Shown piece after piece: positions 37,702-50,604 of a stretch of DNA of 64,000 bases. The stretch is from NCBI RefSeq assembly GCF_006345805.1, contig NC_043002.1, forward strand, positions 89,156,001 through 89,220,000, read 5' to 3'. Source of the stretch: Octopus sinensis (taxonomy: Eukaryota). Below the pieces are notes generated by a model, which saw only the letters and a list, made by a program, of their open reading frames with translations, was not told where the DNA came from and searched no databases. The translations under genes were made by a program, and so were the position numbers. Within the stretch, counting starts at the first letter, position 1; every line of letters starts with the position of its first letter.

Positions 37702-39927
37702 CACAACGTAACAATTTAAAAAAAAAAATTTGTTTACTGTATTTTTTTTTGTTTGTTTATCAATCCATTTTTTCTGCTGATTCCAAAAATAAAATTATTT
37801 TTTGTGTATCATCAACAGTTAAGAAAATATGTTGACTTTCAATATTATTAAGTATTCGGTATTGTTATAATGTTCGGCTACTAAATGTATGTCTAATTTT
37901 CTCTTTCAGACCAATAACTAAGTTCTGCTACTTTCAGGATGGCATACTAGAGTATGTAAAAATTCTCCAGATACATTTTGTTATGTGTGTGGTTATTATA
38001 TTGGAAAAAAGCAGGTATTACATAAGATAGAGAAAGGTGCCAAATTGTGGATAGAATACAGACTATTTCAGAATGCTCGTGGGTGACTAGGATAAACCAT
38101 GGGCCCCACATGTGATATGTGGAAACTGTTGATCTACTCTAGAAGCATGGTTAAGAGGTACAGGAAGGTCAATGCCTTTTGCCATTCCAAGGGTATGGAG
38201 AGAGCCAAAGAACCATCATGATGACTGTTACTTTTGTATGATCAATGTGACAAAGTACAGAAAAGTGAAAGGAAGACAAGCTCTTCAGTATCCAGACATA
38301 CCATCATCTAGAGTACCTGTCCCACATGATGACAGTTTATGAGTATCACTACCACCAGAAAATATTTCATCTGAAGAGTCAACAAATAGCAGCAGCCAAG
38401 AAATGGAGAAAGCTTTCATACCAAGAACGACTTCGGAGTCTCACTTTCCAAATCAGAGTGAACTGGATGATTTAATCAGGGATCTGGGTTTTACTAAAGT
38501 CAGGAGCTGAACTTCTTTCATCAAGGTTGAAAGAATGGAATCTACTGGAGGAAGACTAAAAGTCTCTGTACTGGAAACGCCATGAAGAATTTGAAATTTA
38601 CTATGAAAATATTAACGATCTGTGTTATCATGAAGATGTGATTTGTTTGTTTACTGCTATTGGACTCAAGCATGATTCTGCAGAATGGCAACTCTTCATA
38701 GATAGCTCAACACAAAGTCTCAAAGCAGTGTGGCTCCACAATGGAAATAAATATCCTTCTTTGCCTCATACACACTCCATACAGAAGAAAGAAAATTACG
38801 ATAATGTCAAAGAACTTCTCGACAAAATAAATTACGCTGAGTTCAAGTGAGATGTTTGTGGTGATTTCAAGATGCTTGCCTTCTTGCTTGGCTTGCAAGG
38901 GGGATACACAAAGTATTCATGTTTCCTTTGCTTATGGGACAACAGAGCTGATGATGATCATTACAAGAGAGTACATTGGCCCCCACGAGTGGAACTGCAG
39001 CTGGGAATGTTAAATGTTCTCAAACAGCCACTAGTAGATTCCAACAAAATCTTATTACCCCCACTTCATATCAAACTTGGATTAGTAAAACAGTTTGTGA
39101 AGGCTTTAGATTTTAGAGGAGAAGCTTTTCAAGAAATTTGTCTTATGTTTCCAAAGCTATCTGAGGCTAAGATCAAGGGTGGCATATTTGGTTGGGCCCC
39201 AAGTAAATGCAATGTTAAAGTCAAAGAAACTGGAAAGAGCAATGACAAAAGTTGAAAAAGAAGCTTGGTGTGCATTTCGTGATGTAGTTCATGGATTTCT
39301 AGGAAATCGCAAGGATCCTAATTACAAACAGCTGGTAGCAAAGCTTATTAAAAACTTCAAGAAAATGGGTTGTCGTATGTCCTTATAGGTTCATTTTTTT
39401 GCACTCTCACCTAGATTTTCCCCCGAAAACTTGGGTGATGTCAGTGAGGAGCATGGTGAAAGATTTCATCAGGACATTGCAACTATGGAAAGAAGACACC
39501 AATGACGATGGGATACTGCTTTGATGGGAGATTATATATAGTCTCTAGTCAGAAGAGATGAAGGTATACACTCCAGAAAATCTAGATCGTCAAAGCACTT
39601 CTCATCTTAAGAAAAGAGTTATCAAGGCATTTACAATGCAGAGTTTTATTGTTTCTTTTTGTTCTAACTAATATTATACTTCCCACATACCTTTCAATAT
39701 ATGAAAAAGTACAAAATGTTGTGTAATTATCCTTACAATACTAGAACAGATTGAACCAATGAAGTGCTGTACAGAAAAGTTACAAATATAACGAGCAAAT
39801 ATGAAATTAGGAATAAATAAATAACTATCAATGTTATATCAAAATGAATGTGATTTTTTAATTTAGTGGCAAAAAATGCATATATGAACATTAAAAAATA
39901 CAAATAAACAAAACATGTGTTATTTGA
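37702..39927 (+). mobile_element. Chapaev3-type (CMC superfamily) DNA transposon, near full length, inactivated
   Basis: Left end TTA|CACAACGTAACAA; ~120-bp imperfect inverted subterminal sequences at both ends; contains the transposase pseudogene. Right boundary approximate. Confidence 0.7.
37939..39610 (+). pseudogene. Chapaev3-like transposase pseudogene
   Basis: Motifs CKNSPDTFCYVCG, DKPWAPHVICGNC, WREPKNHHDDCYFC, LFIDSS, LHNGN, CGDFK, GLQGGYTKYSCFLC, LLPPLHIKLGL, LHSHLDF, EEHGERFHQDI; multiple stops and frameshifts (ORFs 38638, 38872, 39179 are pieces). Confidence 0.85.
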
Positions 39928-40347
39928 ATTTATATGACAACTCCAAAATGGTACATTTAAGGCATCTCATAAGTAGACAGAATTCATCCCTCAATCGATC
40001 AAATTTCCTTCCACAAAATTTCATGTTAGAATTGTGAAGTCACCTATCTGCTAATTTAGTACCCCATTGCAGTGTGCTCTCCTCAAATGCTTAATACGCC
40101 AGATACAAAACCACTAACCAAAAGTACTCTTGCGATTCTTCCAAAATACATACAAGAGAAATTATAAAGACTATTACTGCTAGTTTTTTAGGGTTTTCTC
40201 TTTTTACATTTATGAAGGGATAAATCTATCCCCTCCTCACCGTGGTGGGGACGCTGGTCTGACACCGAGTGGTATTAGAGCCACAACCCAGCAGACGGGG
40301 ATCAGGTGAAAATCCTCAGAGTGTCTGTTTTGGCAACTGGCGGCTCC

Positions 40348-40478
40348 TCAGTCATTCTGTCCCTGCGTCTGCGAACAATCTGTGAAATCCACATATTCCC
40401 ACGAAACTTCTTCCAAGGAAGAAGCCGACTCAACCCGCCCAGGGTGAATGTCGCCGTAAGTACAAGTAAATGGCATAG
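40348..40478 (-). CDS. Alternative candidate terminal exon (phase 1), AMPFTCTYGDIHPGRVESASSLEEVSWEYVDFTDCSQTQGQND*
   Basis: ttttgttcAG acceptor, phase matches the 40824 donor; locally GC- and CpG-rich. Confidence 0.35.
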
Positions 40479-40719
40479 CTGAACAAAACTAAATATATCA
40501 AAAATCGTTCAGCTCTAACATTTCTGCATTAAATCTATCATATTAAATATATGGCCAATTAGCTTTCCTTCACAGATCTAGAGGAACAGTTTTACTAATG
40601 ATAGAATATATGTCATTGAAAAATTATATTGATAAGATGGATGGGAGAAAAATAAGAATTGAAAAGGATTATTCAATTCATTAAAACAAAATACTGAGTG
40701 CATTAAGAAAATATAAACA

Positions 40720-40846
40720 CTAACACCTCATTAAGACTAGGTTTTTAAATTTGTTTGTGCCACCTTCACTGAATAATGTGTGCAATCTGTATCCTTCACC
40801 ATCACCCACTAGGCTTTCCTTACCTGCAGAATACTTTCCTACCAAA
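40720..40846 (-). CDS. Candidate terminal exon LVGKYSAGKESLVGDGEGYRLHTLFSEGGTNKFKNLVLMRC*, or a 23-nt exon 40824-40846 if the internal donor is used
   Basis: Strong ttttctttttAG acceptor, phase 2 matches the previous exon, open to TAG at 40720-40722; internal CAG|GTAAGG donor at 40823. Confidence 0.55.
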
Positions 40847-42601
40847 CTAAAAAGAAAATATAATAAATTATGATAATTTTGAGAAAAAGAAGAGCAACAA
40901 TAACTTAGTAGCAGAATCTTTTCCTTTTATTTAAACACAGATATTTCATCCAATTATAAGAGCAAATAAGATTATTTTATTCATTTATAAAACTGAAATA
41001 AAGAATTTAGTAGTATTTGCATTTTATGAGTTGGATTAAACTTCATGATTAGAATAAATCTTTGAAAGCAAAATCTCATTTTCCTAACACTATTACTGTG
41101 GAAATCATATATTGCCACTCAAAATTTCCTTATGCTTAACTGAGGAAAGTTTTATATACCAATTTATCTTTTGTTGAGGAAAGTCATGTCTGAAACTACT
41201 TTTTGCCAAGATATATCTTTGTTGAGGCAATGTCACTTGCTATAAATAGCTATTTGGCAGATATCTAACATCATTATTAGAATAACCATGAAATTTAATT
41301 TCACAGTGAAAGGGTTGATAGCAGCTTTTTTTCAAAAACACATAGAAAAAGCTAAACAAAACAGAAGCTTCAGGAAATTAATTAACTGCATTAGAGAAAT
41401 AAGTGAGATGCTGGTGAATTAAAATAAATGAATGATGAAAATTTGGTGAGTGATATTAAATCCTGTGTGATGATATTTTTAATAAAATATATAGCCTATG
41501 CATTTAAATTGAAGGCACGTGTCCTTACGGCTACACTGTTGGGTTCATGGCTATGGGTTCAATTCCTGGACTGGATGGTAATTGAGCAAGACACTTTATT
41601 TTCACACTGCTCCAGTCTACTCAGCTAAAAATGAGTATCAGCCCAGTACTCATGCTACTGTCTCTCCCTCCATCTGGCACATCCTGAATGTTCCCCCGAG
41701 TCATGAGTGGAAGGGCTGAGAGCTGACTACATCATCATCATGTTAGCATCCATTTTTCTGTGTGTGCATGGGTCATGTAAACTTTGTAGAGACAGATTTT
41801 CTTTCGCCAGATGCCTTGCCTGTCACCAACACTCACCTTTTTCCAGGCAAAGTAATATTTCCCCATAGACATATTTTTCATGGCAGACTGGAAACAAACA
41901 AGACCGCTTGTATGACGATGATGCTCATTTACAACCATCATATGACATTGAGTCAAGGGCATACACACACACACACATATATACATACATAGGCACCTAA
42001 AACAACTGGCACAAATATGGTACATATTTCCAAGTCAAACTCACCTGTGAGTTACAGTGATGCTTTGTTTTCATGTGTTTCAATTAATATTGAAAATAAT
42101 AACGAATGTGGAGGTGATTTAGTAAAATAACTCACTTTTAATTATGAATTTTGTGATCAAAACATAACAAAATCTTCTTACATAGAATTATGACGAAAGA
42201 TTTTAATATATGAATATGAACATTTTCAAACAGGCAGATTTGTATCATAGAACCAGTGATGATTTCACTCAGATTGGTATCAAACCGATTAAAACAAATT
42301 AAGACAGAAAGTAATCCCAGAATTGAAGTAAAGATTTACCATTTGGGGAGTATTTAATTCAATGTAGGAAGTAACTTGAAGAGAAGTTAAGCATTTGTGC
42401 ATTATAAAATGCATATGTGATGATAATGATGATGATGGCAACAATAGTGATGGTGGTGGTAAAAATAGCAATGACGCTAGCAATACTAGTGATGATAGAG
42501 GTGTGAGTAATTATGATGATAAAGTACATAATTCTAAACTGATGCATGAAATGACATGAATAATTCCAATAGACCAATGACGATGATTTATCAGGTGTGT
42601 G

Positions 42602-42650
<49 letters not shown>

Positions 42651-42804
42651 CAGAGAACAGATAAGCAAAACGTGGTATCACTTTAGAGGTAGTAATTTAT
42701 AATTTAAACATAGTGTGGAGTAGTTATAGTAAACTGGTAAAGTTTCTTACAGCTGTTTCTAGAATAGCTAAGCATGTGGAACATGCATTGTTGAACAAGG
42801 ATTT

Positions 42805-43179
42805 CCAAGTTTGTGCCAAAACTGATTTCAGCTGACTAAAAAGACACTCAGGTTTCAGTTGCACAAGATGTTGACTGTATCAAGAACAATGAAAACTTTC
42901 TGAAAACTTTGTGTATGTCTTTGAGCAGGTATCACCAAGCTTTTGGCAAAACCTGATGCAGACTCTCTGCTCAACTTTATCTGTCAATGTCAATGTGATG
43001 ATCACATGCTACACACCTTCCTTCCAAGCACTGCTGTAAACAGTGGAAGTGAGCTAGAACATTAAAACATTGCATATGCACAGCAAAGTTCATGGTCAAT
43101 TTGCTCCAAGTGGTTTCACTCTGCATGCTTTAGCTTCATTACTATAGCAACAGCCCAGATACTTATTGATCAGACCATG
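42805..43179. mobile_element. Truncated second copy of the foldback mariner (right arm plus inversion junction)
   Basis: Colinear match to ~13816-14191, ending TTATTGATCAGACCATG|TA. Confidence 0.85.
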
Positions 43180-43996
43180 TATGTTCAGAAATGCGATCAT
43201 CATCATCATCATTACGTAACATTCCTTTTCCATGCTGGCATAGATTGGTTTGGCAGGAGCTGGCAATTCAGAGAACAATACTAAGCTCAACTGTCTGTTT
43301 TGGCATGCTTTCTATAACTGGGTGCCCTTCCTGACACCAACCATTTCACAGAGGGTATTGGCTGCTTTTTACATGACACTAGCAGTAGTGAGATTACCAA
43401 GTAACTTGAGGAGATGAAAAGATAAAGGATAGATTACCAGCATTACATAAGTAATATTAGGAATGGCTCAGGGGGTACTATGATCTGTCAAAGAGTGAAA
43501 TTTAAGAATCATTTTCCAATTATTAACAAAGAAACCAACTGTCAACACATGTACAAATTCTTCCTCCTGAACTTTTAAAAAGATTATCCAGAGGCATGAC
43601 CAATAGCAATAAACATCAGAGACCATAAAGTGGAGGATTAGCAGAATTGTTACAGTGTAACAGGAGAAGCCTAGTGGTATTTGTTCCAGCTGTTTGCATT
43701 CCTATTTCACATTCTACCTAGGTACCAATGATCAAGCTAATCACCAACCATGGGAAAATTCCATGCAACTTGCAATGGGCCAGTATGGACAAATAGACCT
43801 AGAAACTGTAGAGATAACTTGGTAATGATATATGATGAAGCTTTTGATCCATAGTAGATCATTAATGGGCAAATTAAAAAATTACTATTGCACTTGAATA
43901 TGTTCAGAAACCATTCACATTTGTTCAAATTGTAATAGCACCCACTTGATGTCTCATCCCCCTTCCACAGCACAGGTCCTCCTACTAATCTGAATA

Positions 43997-44533
43997 TATA
44001 TTGGTTGGCAGAATTCTGCTTCAAACATACCATATAACCCCTCATAACTTTTTTATTTCTTTGCAATTTTCAGAAAACTTTTGCGAATTTGTATTCTACA
44101 CATGGGAATTTCTACAATTATGCAAAAAGAAAACAAAAATTTTGGTGTACAATTTAAGGGCTGTTATTTTTAGCACAACCACCTCATACCCTCCCCATTT
44201 GTTTGTCATTGATGATTTTCACTATCTTTTCTTTCCAAAAACACATTTAATGGTTTATTGCTGGGATTTAAGCCCAAAATCATGACTGTCTGTATCTTAA
44301 ACTGATTTTTTTTTAAATGAAAAAAAATTTTTTTAACTGTTTTAAATTTCAAAAAATTTTTTAAAAACTGTTTTAAATTTCAAAAAATTAAAAACAATTT
44401 TTTTTCCATAGTTGTGTGAATTCCTATGTGTAGAATGCACTCAGAAAAAAATTTGTGAAAATTCAAAGAAATAAAAAAAGTTGTGAGGGATTACATGACA
44501 TGCTTAAAACAGAATTCTGCCTATTGGACATAT
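43997..44533. mobile_element. MITE with ~150-bp imperfect TIRs
   Basis: GGCAGAATTCTGCTTCAAAC..CTCATAACTTTTTTATTTCTTTG.. mirrored at 44400-44533; TA flanks. Confidence 0.65.
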
Positions 44534-45461
44534 ACAACAACCCCAAGGAAGTAGTAAAATGGCTCAGACCCAAATTGCAACATTGAAACAATATAGTTAT
44601 ATAAAATGGAATGAAATAGACATGATATCCTTATAAATACATATTGAAATTCTGACAAGCAGATGGTTTTGAAAACAGCTGAATTTTTTTTCTCTATGGT
44701 TGTAGTTGTTAGATATGTTGTAGAAAAAAAGTTAATACAGAAAAGAGGATGTAACTATAATTAGCAGATTTAAATATATTTCTGTTGGCATGGAAAGCAA
44801 GAACATATAAAAAGCTTAATTGCGATGTCTGGTGTACTATATTATTTGTATGTCTATTGTGTAACTTATGTAATGAACATCTTTACAATCATAAAATATA
44901 GGCACAGGCATAGTTGAGTGGATAAGAAGTTTGCTTCAAAACTAAGCAATTTCTGGTTTTCAAGTTCGATTCCACTGCACTGCACCTTGGGTAATTTTTT
45001 AAATTTTTATTAAAGCTTCAATTTCACAAAAGCCTTATGAATTTGTAAGACAAAATCTATGTGGAAGTCTGTCAGAGGAACTACTCCTATTCTTAAGTGG
45101 TAGGCTTAATCTGTCATCTGGGTTAATACCACTGCCTAGGACCCTTGGGTGGTTTTAGCAGCCAGGGTTCCAGTCTAAGAGCAACTTCCGCTATTTCTCC
45201 AATTATAATCTCAGAGGCCTTCATAATGGTTGTAGGTGCTACACTTCCTCTTCTAACTGCTATAAAAAAAAGTATGATTCTTTTATTTCCACAAAATATG
45301 TGAAACATTCTTAAATTGGGCATCATATTCAGATTCTGGAATATTCATTTTTACCACTGCAGTGCAACATCCAGACAGTGACTACTTTTAAGAGCTACAA
45401 TTATCACAATATATAAAACAAATGAGGCAACAACTAAACCAACTTACCAAATAATGTTTAC

Positions 45462-45515
45462 GTTTCATTATTCTTGTTTTTCATTGCTAAAGCTCTTCTT
45501 GCAAAATATCGCCAA
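45462..45515 (-). CDS. Exon (phase 2-2), WRYFARRALAMKNKNNE(T)
   Basis: ctctgtctaaatcAG acceptor, GTAAAC donor, 54 nt, phase-compatible. Confidence 0.55.
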
Positions 45516-46341
45516 CTGATTTAGACAGAGTGAGATTATTTGTTAGTATAAATATTATTTCTAAAATTAAATTGTAGCTGAGCATGACTAGAAAATGAAC
45601 TAGAGAATAATATATTTTGTTTGAACTCCATCTACATACAGAAAAGGAAAGAGATGGAAAGAAAAAAATATTTTAAGGACTAAGAAACTATAACTTCACA
45701 AATGTTGCATGCAATATGAAAAATAAAAGTGTAAATGTTGAAAATATAATCAACATAGAAGAATAAAATCAAATGGTCCTGTTCTGTAACTGGCTTGAGG
45801 TTCAAATTGTCATACTTAGTCTTACTTAGGCATAATAAAACAGATGTTAAATTACTAATTACAGTAATTAATCCTTCACAGTTTATAGATTTCTGGGTCA
45901 TAAGAATAAATAACAAATTTGTAATCAGTACCACAACTAGACATATTGTAGTACTGGATATTCTATAATTATCTCATATTGTTATGTTAATTACTAACAG
46001 TAAAGTTCAGTATATTAAAACAAGGCATTACAGCAGCTGGTTATTATTCAGAGTCGTCTAAAATTATAAATGTAGAGGCTGAAATGGCACTACATATTAC
46101 TCAAGAACAAATAATTTCATAGCATCATTTACTAGCAGCAAAAACATAGACAGTGAATGAATAAAAGTATATTCCTTGAAACGACAGCTTGGATAAACAT
46201 ATTATTGACATTATCATTTTCCTTGTAAGTTTCCTACACCATTGGCACAAGTGGCTTTTCAAGTTTTTTAGTTTTATTTTATTTCATTTTATTTTTGCAA
46301 AGGACAAAACAAGGAAGCCATTTAAAACCAGTTTACCATAC

Positions 46342-46394
46342 CTTTGTTGTGTCATATAAAGAAAGGAAAGCCTACAAGTTGCAGAATGCCATTT
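46342..46394 (-). CDS. Exon (phase 0-2), KWHSATCRLSFLYMTQQ(S)
   Basis: AG acceptor, AAG|GTATGG donor, 53 nt, phase-compatible. Confidence 0.55.
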
Positions 46395-47060
46395 CTACCA
46401 TATAGCAGGAAAAATCTACTACTAGTGCTATGGATGACCATAATGCTATTGCTGCTGCTGCTGCTGGGAAATCAGCTTAAATTTAGGTTAAAATTTGTTT
46501 TGAATGTGAATCAAGAATCTTTCATGATCTTAGAGAATATCATGTTGTTGATTAATACTGAGATGAGAGGATATTTTGCTAAGTTATATTGAAAAGCTTT
46601 TTCAAAAGTGTGTAAAGAAAAAAAGAAACCCTCAATAACATCAGTGTCATTCTGTCAAACACCTCAACAGAAATTTCTTTTAATATTATGAATATGAACA
46701 CAACCAATAGTGGCTTATTGAAGGTGGTAGTAAATTGTCTCTGATTAATGAAGAGTGAAAAAGCTTGATATTAAATTATATTCCAAACTATATCAAATGA
46801 TATAGAGTTTAAGATTTTGGAGAAAAATAGGAAGAAAAGTAAAAACAACTGTAAACATTTAAGTAAACAATTACCACCTAATAATTTTGGTTGTTTATAG
46901 AATAAATTACTCTGCTATATTGAGAATTTCTGTAATAACACAGTTTTAGCGAATTTAAGCCTCCATATTTGACTGTTCCTGCTACCTGAGTTTTGTTTTT
47001 TTTTAATACAAAATTTAATAACATAATTTACAAACATTCAAAACAGCAGACAGTCATCAC

Positions 47061-47095
47061 CTTTAGGTTAATCAAAATTACAAAAGGCCGTCCTT
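47061..47095 (-). CDS. Exon (phase 1-0), (K)GRPFVILINLK
   Basis: ttttgttgattgtAG acceptor, GTGATG donor, 35 nt, phase-compatible on both sides. Confidence 0.55.
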
Positions 47096-47163
47096 CTACA
47101 ATCAACAAAATCTTAACAATGACTGTCAGCTGATATTGAGAGACCAAAACCAATTATTAAAAA

Positions 47164-47683
47164 CTAGCTGACCCTATGCCGTCAAAAATGATGGCTAATT
47201 GTAGTATTTTATATATAAATAAGGTATACAATAAGGTACATAATAATCACAGATACAAACATTCACATACCTCTCTTGTACATGCACACACATATACACA
47301 TATACTTAGAGTTGAAATGCTGTTTGATTTTTCTTTTCAGCATTGAACGCTCACCATCCCATTTCCTTGCACACACACCTCCCTTTTACATGCACACACA
47401 TATACTCACACAGTTGACACACTGATTTTTTTTCACCCCTTCCTTCCTTATTTATCTATCACCCCTTCCTTTCTCCATTGCTATTACTTTCTTTCACTCT
47501 CTCTCGGTCAGGGCTATTACTCTCACTACTTCTCCTTCACTGAATTACTATTTTCTCTCCTCTCTCTTTACTTATACTACTCTTTCTCCTACTCCATGAT
47601 TTTGGACATATATATAATTATATATACACACACACACACACACAAATATATAAAAACACTATGCCCATTATTATATTAGGAGA
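47164..47683 (-). mobile_element. Non-autonomous Helitron (~520 bp)
   Basis: On the minus strand: A|TC... 5' end; GCCATCA-TTTT-TGACGGC hairpin ~10 nt before the CTAG|T 3' end; no TSD. Confidence 0.7.
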
Positions 47684-47880
47684 TGAGTAACTCTTACATT
47701 TTGACAGTACTCAGTGAGTTAACAGATAACCCTTTTACATTTGCATTAAGAAAAGTAACTACTGAAGCTTTCATTTAATTCTGTTCCTTATTATTTATCT
47801 AATGTAGTGTTCCAATCCCTTTTGAGTTATTTTCTTTGACTCATTTTTCAATAATGTAAATTACACTGGCTTAAAATTAC

Positions 47881-47989
47881 TTGCAATCTTTTTGCAAGAC
47901 CTCAGCAAACTATGCTGTGTTGAATGCAATAGGTTAAAATATGACCAAAATTGTCCTTTGCTTGCAAACAAGTTCAAACTTTCATTCTC
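47881..47989 (-). CDS. Exon of unrecognised minus-strand gene (phase 0-1), ENESLNLFASKGQFWSYFNLLHSTQHSLLRSCKKIA
   Basis: tttAG acceptor, GTAATT donor, 109 nt open, phase matches next exon 47061-47095. Confidence 0.6.
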
Positions 47990-49294
47990 CTAAACATGCA
48001 AATTAACTTTGCAAGATCAATTCATAGTTTCTTGAAATTATCTCCCTTTTTCTTCAGGCACTACTGTTTTTTTTTTTCTTTCTGTAATTAAGAGGGAACT
48101 TTCAATTAATTAATAATTTTTTTTCATCAACATCATTTTAATATCTGTTTCTTTATTACCCACAAGGGGCTAAACACAGAGAGGACAAACAAGGACAGAC
48201 AAACGGATTAAGTCGATTACATCGACCCCAATGCATAACTGGTACTTAATTTACCGAAATACGGCTACACATTTCTCCCGGCGTGCTAACGGTTTTGCCA
48301 GCTCGCCGCCCATCATTTTAATATCCTCTTTACCTTGCTTGCATGGGTTGGAAAGAATTTGTCGAGATGGATTTTTTTCTACAGCTGGGTGCCTTTCCTG
48401 TCACCAGCCTGTTTCTAAATAAGGTAATATCTGCCCATGACCAGACATGTTTTCATGGAAGACTGGAAACAAACAACACTGCTTGCATGATGATGACACT
48501 CATTTATAGCTATCACATAAAGTCAAAGCAAGAAGACAGCAACACACATATACAAACACAAACATTTATAAAAAAAGGCTTCTTTCAGTTTCTATCTACC
48601 AAATCCATTCACAAGACTTTGGTTGATCCAGAATATAGTTGAAGTCACTTGCTCAAGATGTCAATCTTGGGACTGAACCCAAAAACCATGTGGTAGGGGA
48701 GCAAAATGCTTACCACATAGCCTAGTACATCACATCTTAATTTATCTATTCACAAAAATCATGGTACTCTATTTGAAATTTCTGAATTTGGGAAATTTTT
48801 ATGTAGATGGAATATTCATACAACTAGAATGACTCCTTACTGTCTATCATCAAATGGACAAAATGAATGTTACAATGGAATGATAAGGAATACTATCAAG
48901 TTACATCATCATCATCATCGTTTAGCGTCTGCTTTCCATGCTAGCATGGGTTGGACGGTTCAACTGGGGTCTGGGAAGCCAGAAGGCTGCACCAGGCCCA
49001 GTCTGATCTGGCAATGTTTCTACAGCTGGATGCCCTTCCTAATGCCAACCACTCCATGAGTGTAGTGGGTGCTTTTTCTAATTCAAACAGACAACAAAAC
49101 AATGGAACAAAAAACACTCACATAAATATTAGGTCTACTAGCGTTTTAACAATGCAATTGCTTGATATATTTAACTTGACATGTTGTCCAACATTGGAAA
49201 GGCCAGGTGATTTATCATAAAAGAGAAAAAAGACAAACACTTTGATGATCAGAAATGACCCATTAGCTGAGAAGGTGCTACTCACTGAAATACC

Positions 49295-49711
49295 TATTTC
49301 TTTACTATCCACAAGGGGCTAAACACAGAGAGGACAAACAAGGAAAGACAAACAGATTAAGTCGATTATATCGACCCCAGTGAGTAACTGGTACTTAATT
49401 TATCGATGCCGAAAGGATGAAAGGCAAAGTTGACCTCGGCGGAATTTGAACACAGAACGTAGCGGCAGACGAAACACCTATTTCTTTACTACCCACAAGG
49501 GGCTAAACACAGAGAGGACAAACAAGGACAGACAAACGAATTAAGTTGATTATATCGACTCCAGTGCGCAAATGGTACTTAATTTATCGACCCCGAAAGG
49601 ATGAAAGGCAAAGTCGACCTCGGCAGAATTTGAACTCAGAACGTAGCGGCAAACGAAATACCACTAAGCATTTTGCCCAGTGTGCTAACGTCTCTGCCTC
49701 CTCGCTGCCTT
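49295..49711 (-). mobile_element. Young SINE head-to-tail dimer with 9-bp TSD
   Basis: Two near-identical CpG-rich units; TGAAATACC at 49286-49294 and 49712-49720. Confidence 0.85.
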
Positions 49712-49745
49712 TGAAATACCATTACATCCTAATTAAATTTGCTAC

Positions 49746-49786
49746 AAGGTGTGATGCAGTCTCAGCAAACAATTTATCTTCAGGCC
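49746..49786 (-). CDS. Tentative exon (phase 1-0), GPEDKLFAETASHL
   Basis: Open and phase-compatible, but weak sites (AAG acceptor, GTAGCA donor). Confidence 0.25.
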
Positions 49787-49869
49787 CTTAGACTAATACT
49801 CATAATTAACTGTGATAAAAACTGCAAACCTTTGGGTGTATTATCCTATTACTTAGGCAAATACTATAC

Positions 49870-49933
49870 CTCGTGTAATTCTGATTGCAACATGATTTTT
49901 TGCAAACAGACAATGAGCATACATCATTTCATC
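49870..49933 (-). CDS. Tentative exon (phase 0-1), DEMMYAHCLFAKNHVAIRITR
   Basis: gtgtgtAG acceptor, GAG|GTATAG donor, 64 nt open. Confidence 0.3.
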
Positions 49934-50604
49934 CTACACACATACACAACAGACTTTTAGTTCCTGTCAACCAAATTCACTCACAAGGCTTGGTTGGCCC
50001 AAAGCTATAGTAGAAGACTGTGTGGTTCAGAAGGGTACATCACGTGGTTGGGAAGCAAGTTCATCCCTTTAAAACATTTATAACCAGCAATCCTAACGCA
50101 CTAAAAAGAACAAATATGGCTATTTCAGCAATTGTTATGTTCTAATGATAAACAGTGACTGCTTCTTTTTATTATGTTTTGTATTGTCAATTACCAGGTT
50201 TTACATTATTTATGAATTACTAACTTTTTGACATTTCTTCTAAATGCTCTTTTTGTCATGTAGTTTTGGATATTCTATAATTATCTTAAATTGTTATGTT
50301 AATTACTAAAAGTGAAATAATATGGACTCACAAAAATGGGATAAAATGGCTTCAATTAGTAAATTCTGAAATGTGAAGTAGGTCTACAGTTGGATATTGA
50401 ATCCTTTGAAATTATGGATTACAACACACATTTAAAATCTTCCATTCAAGGACTACAAATATTATTCTTCACTTTTTTTTCCCTCCCTCCTTAGAAGAAA
50501 TACATTGCCTGTAGACTATTCAACACTCTCACATTTAGGAAACATACTAAGGGGAAAAAATTGATAAGATCAATCTGAAGTTTAGGAATGTAGATTTTAG
50601 TATA

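Noticed and set aside
49121-49240. Possible minus-strand exon (GTGAGT donor, open frame)
   Set aside because: No good AG acceptor and its phase could not be joined to the neighbouring exons
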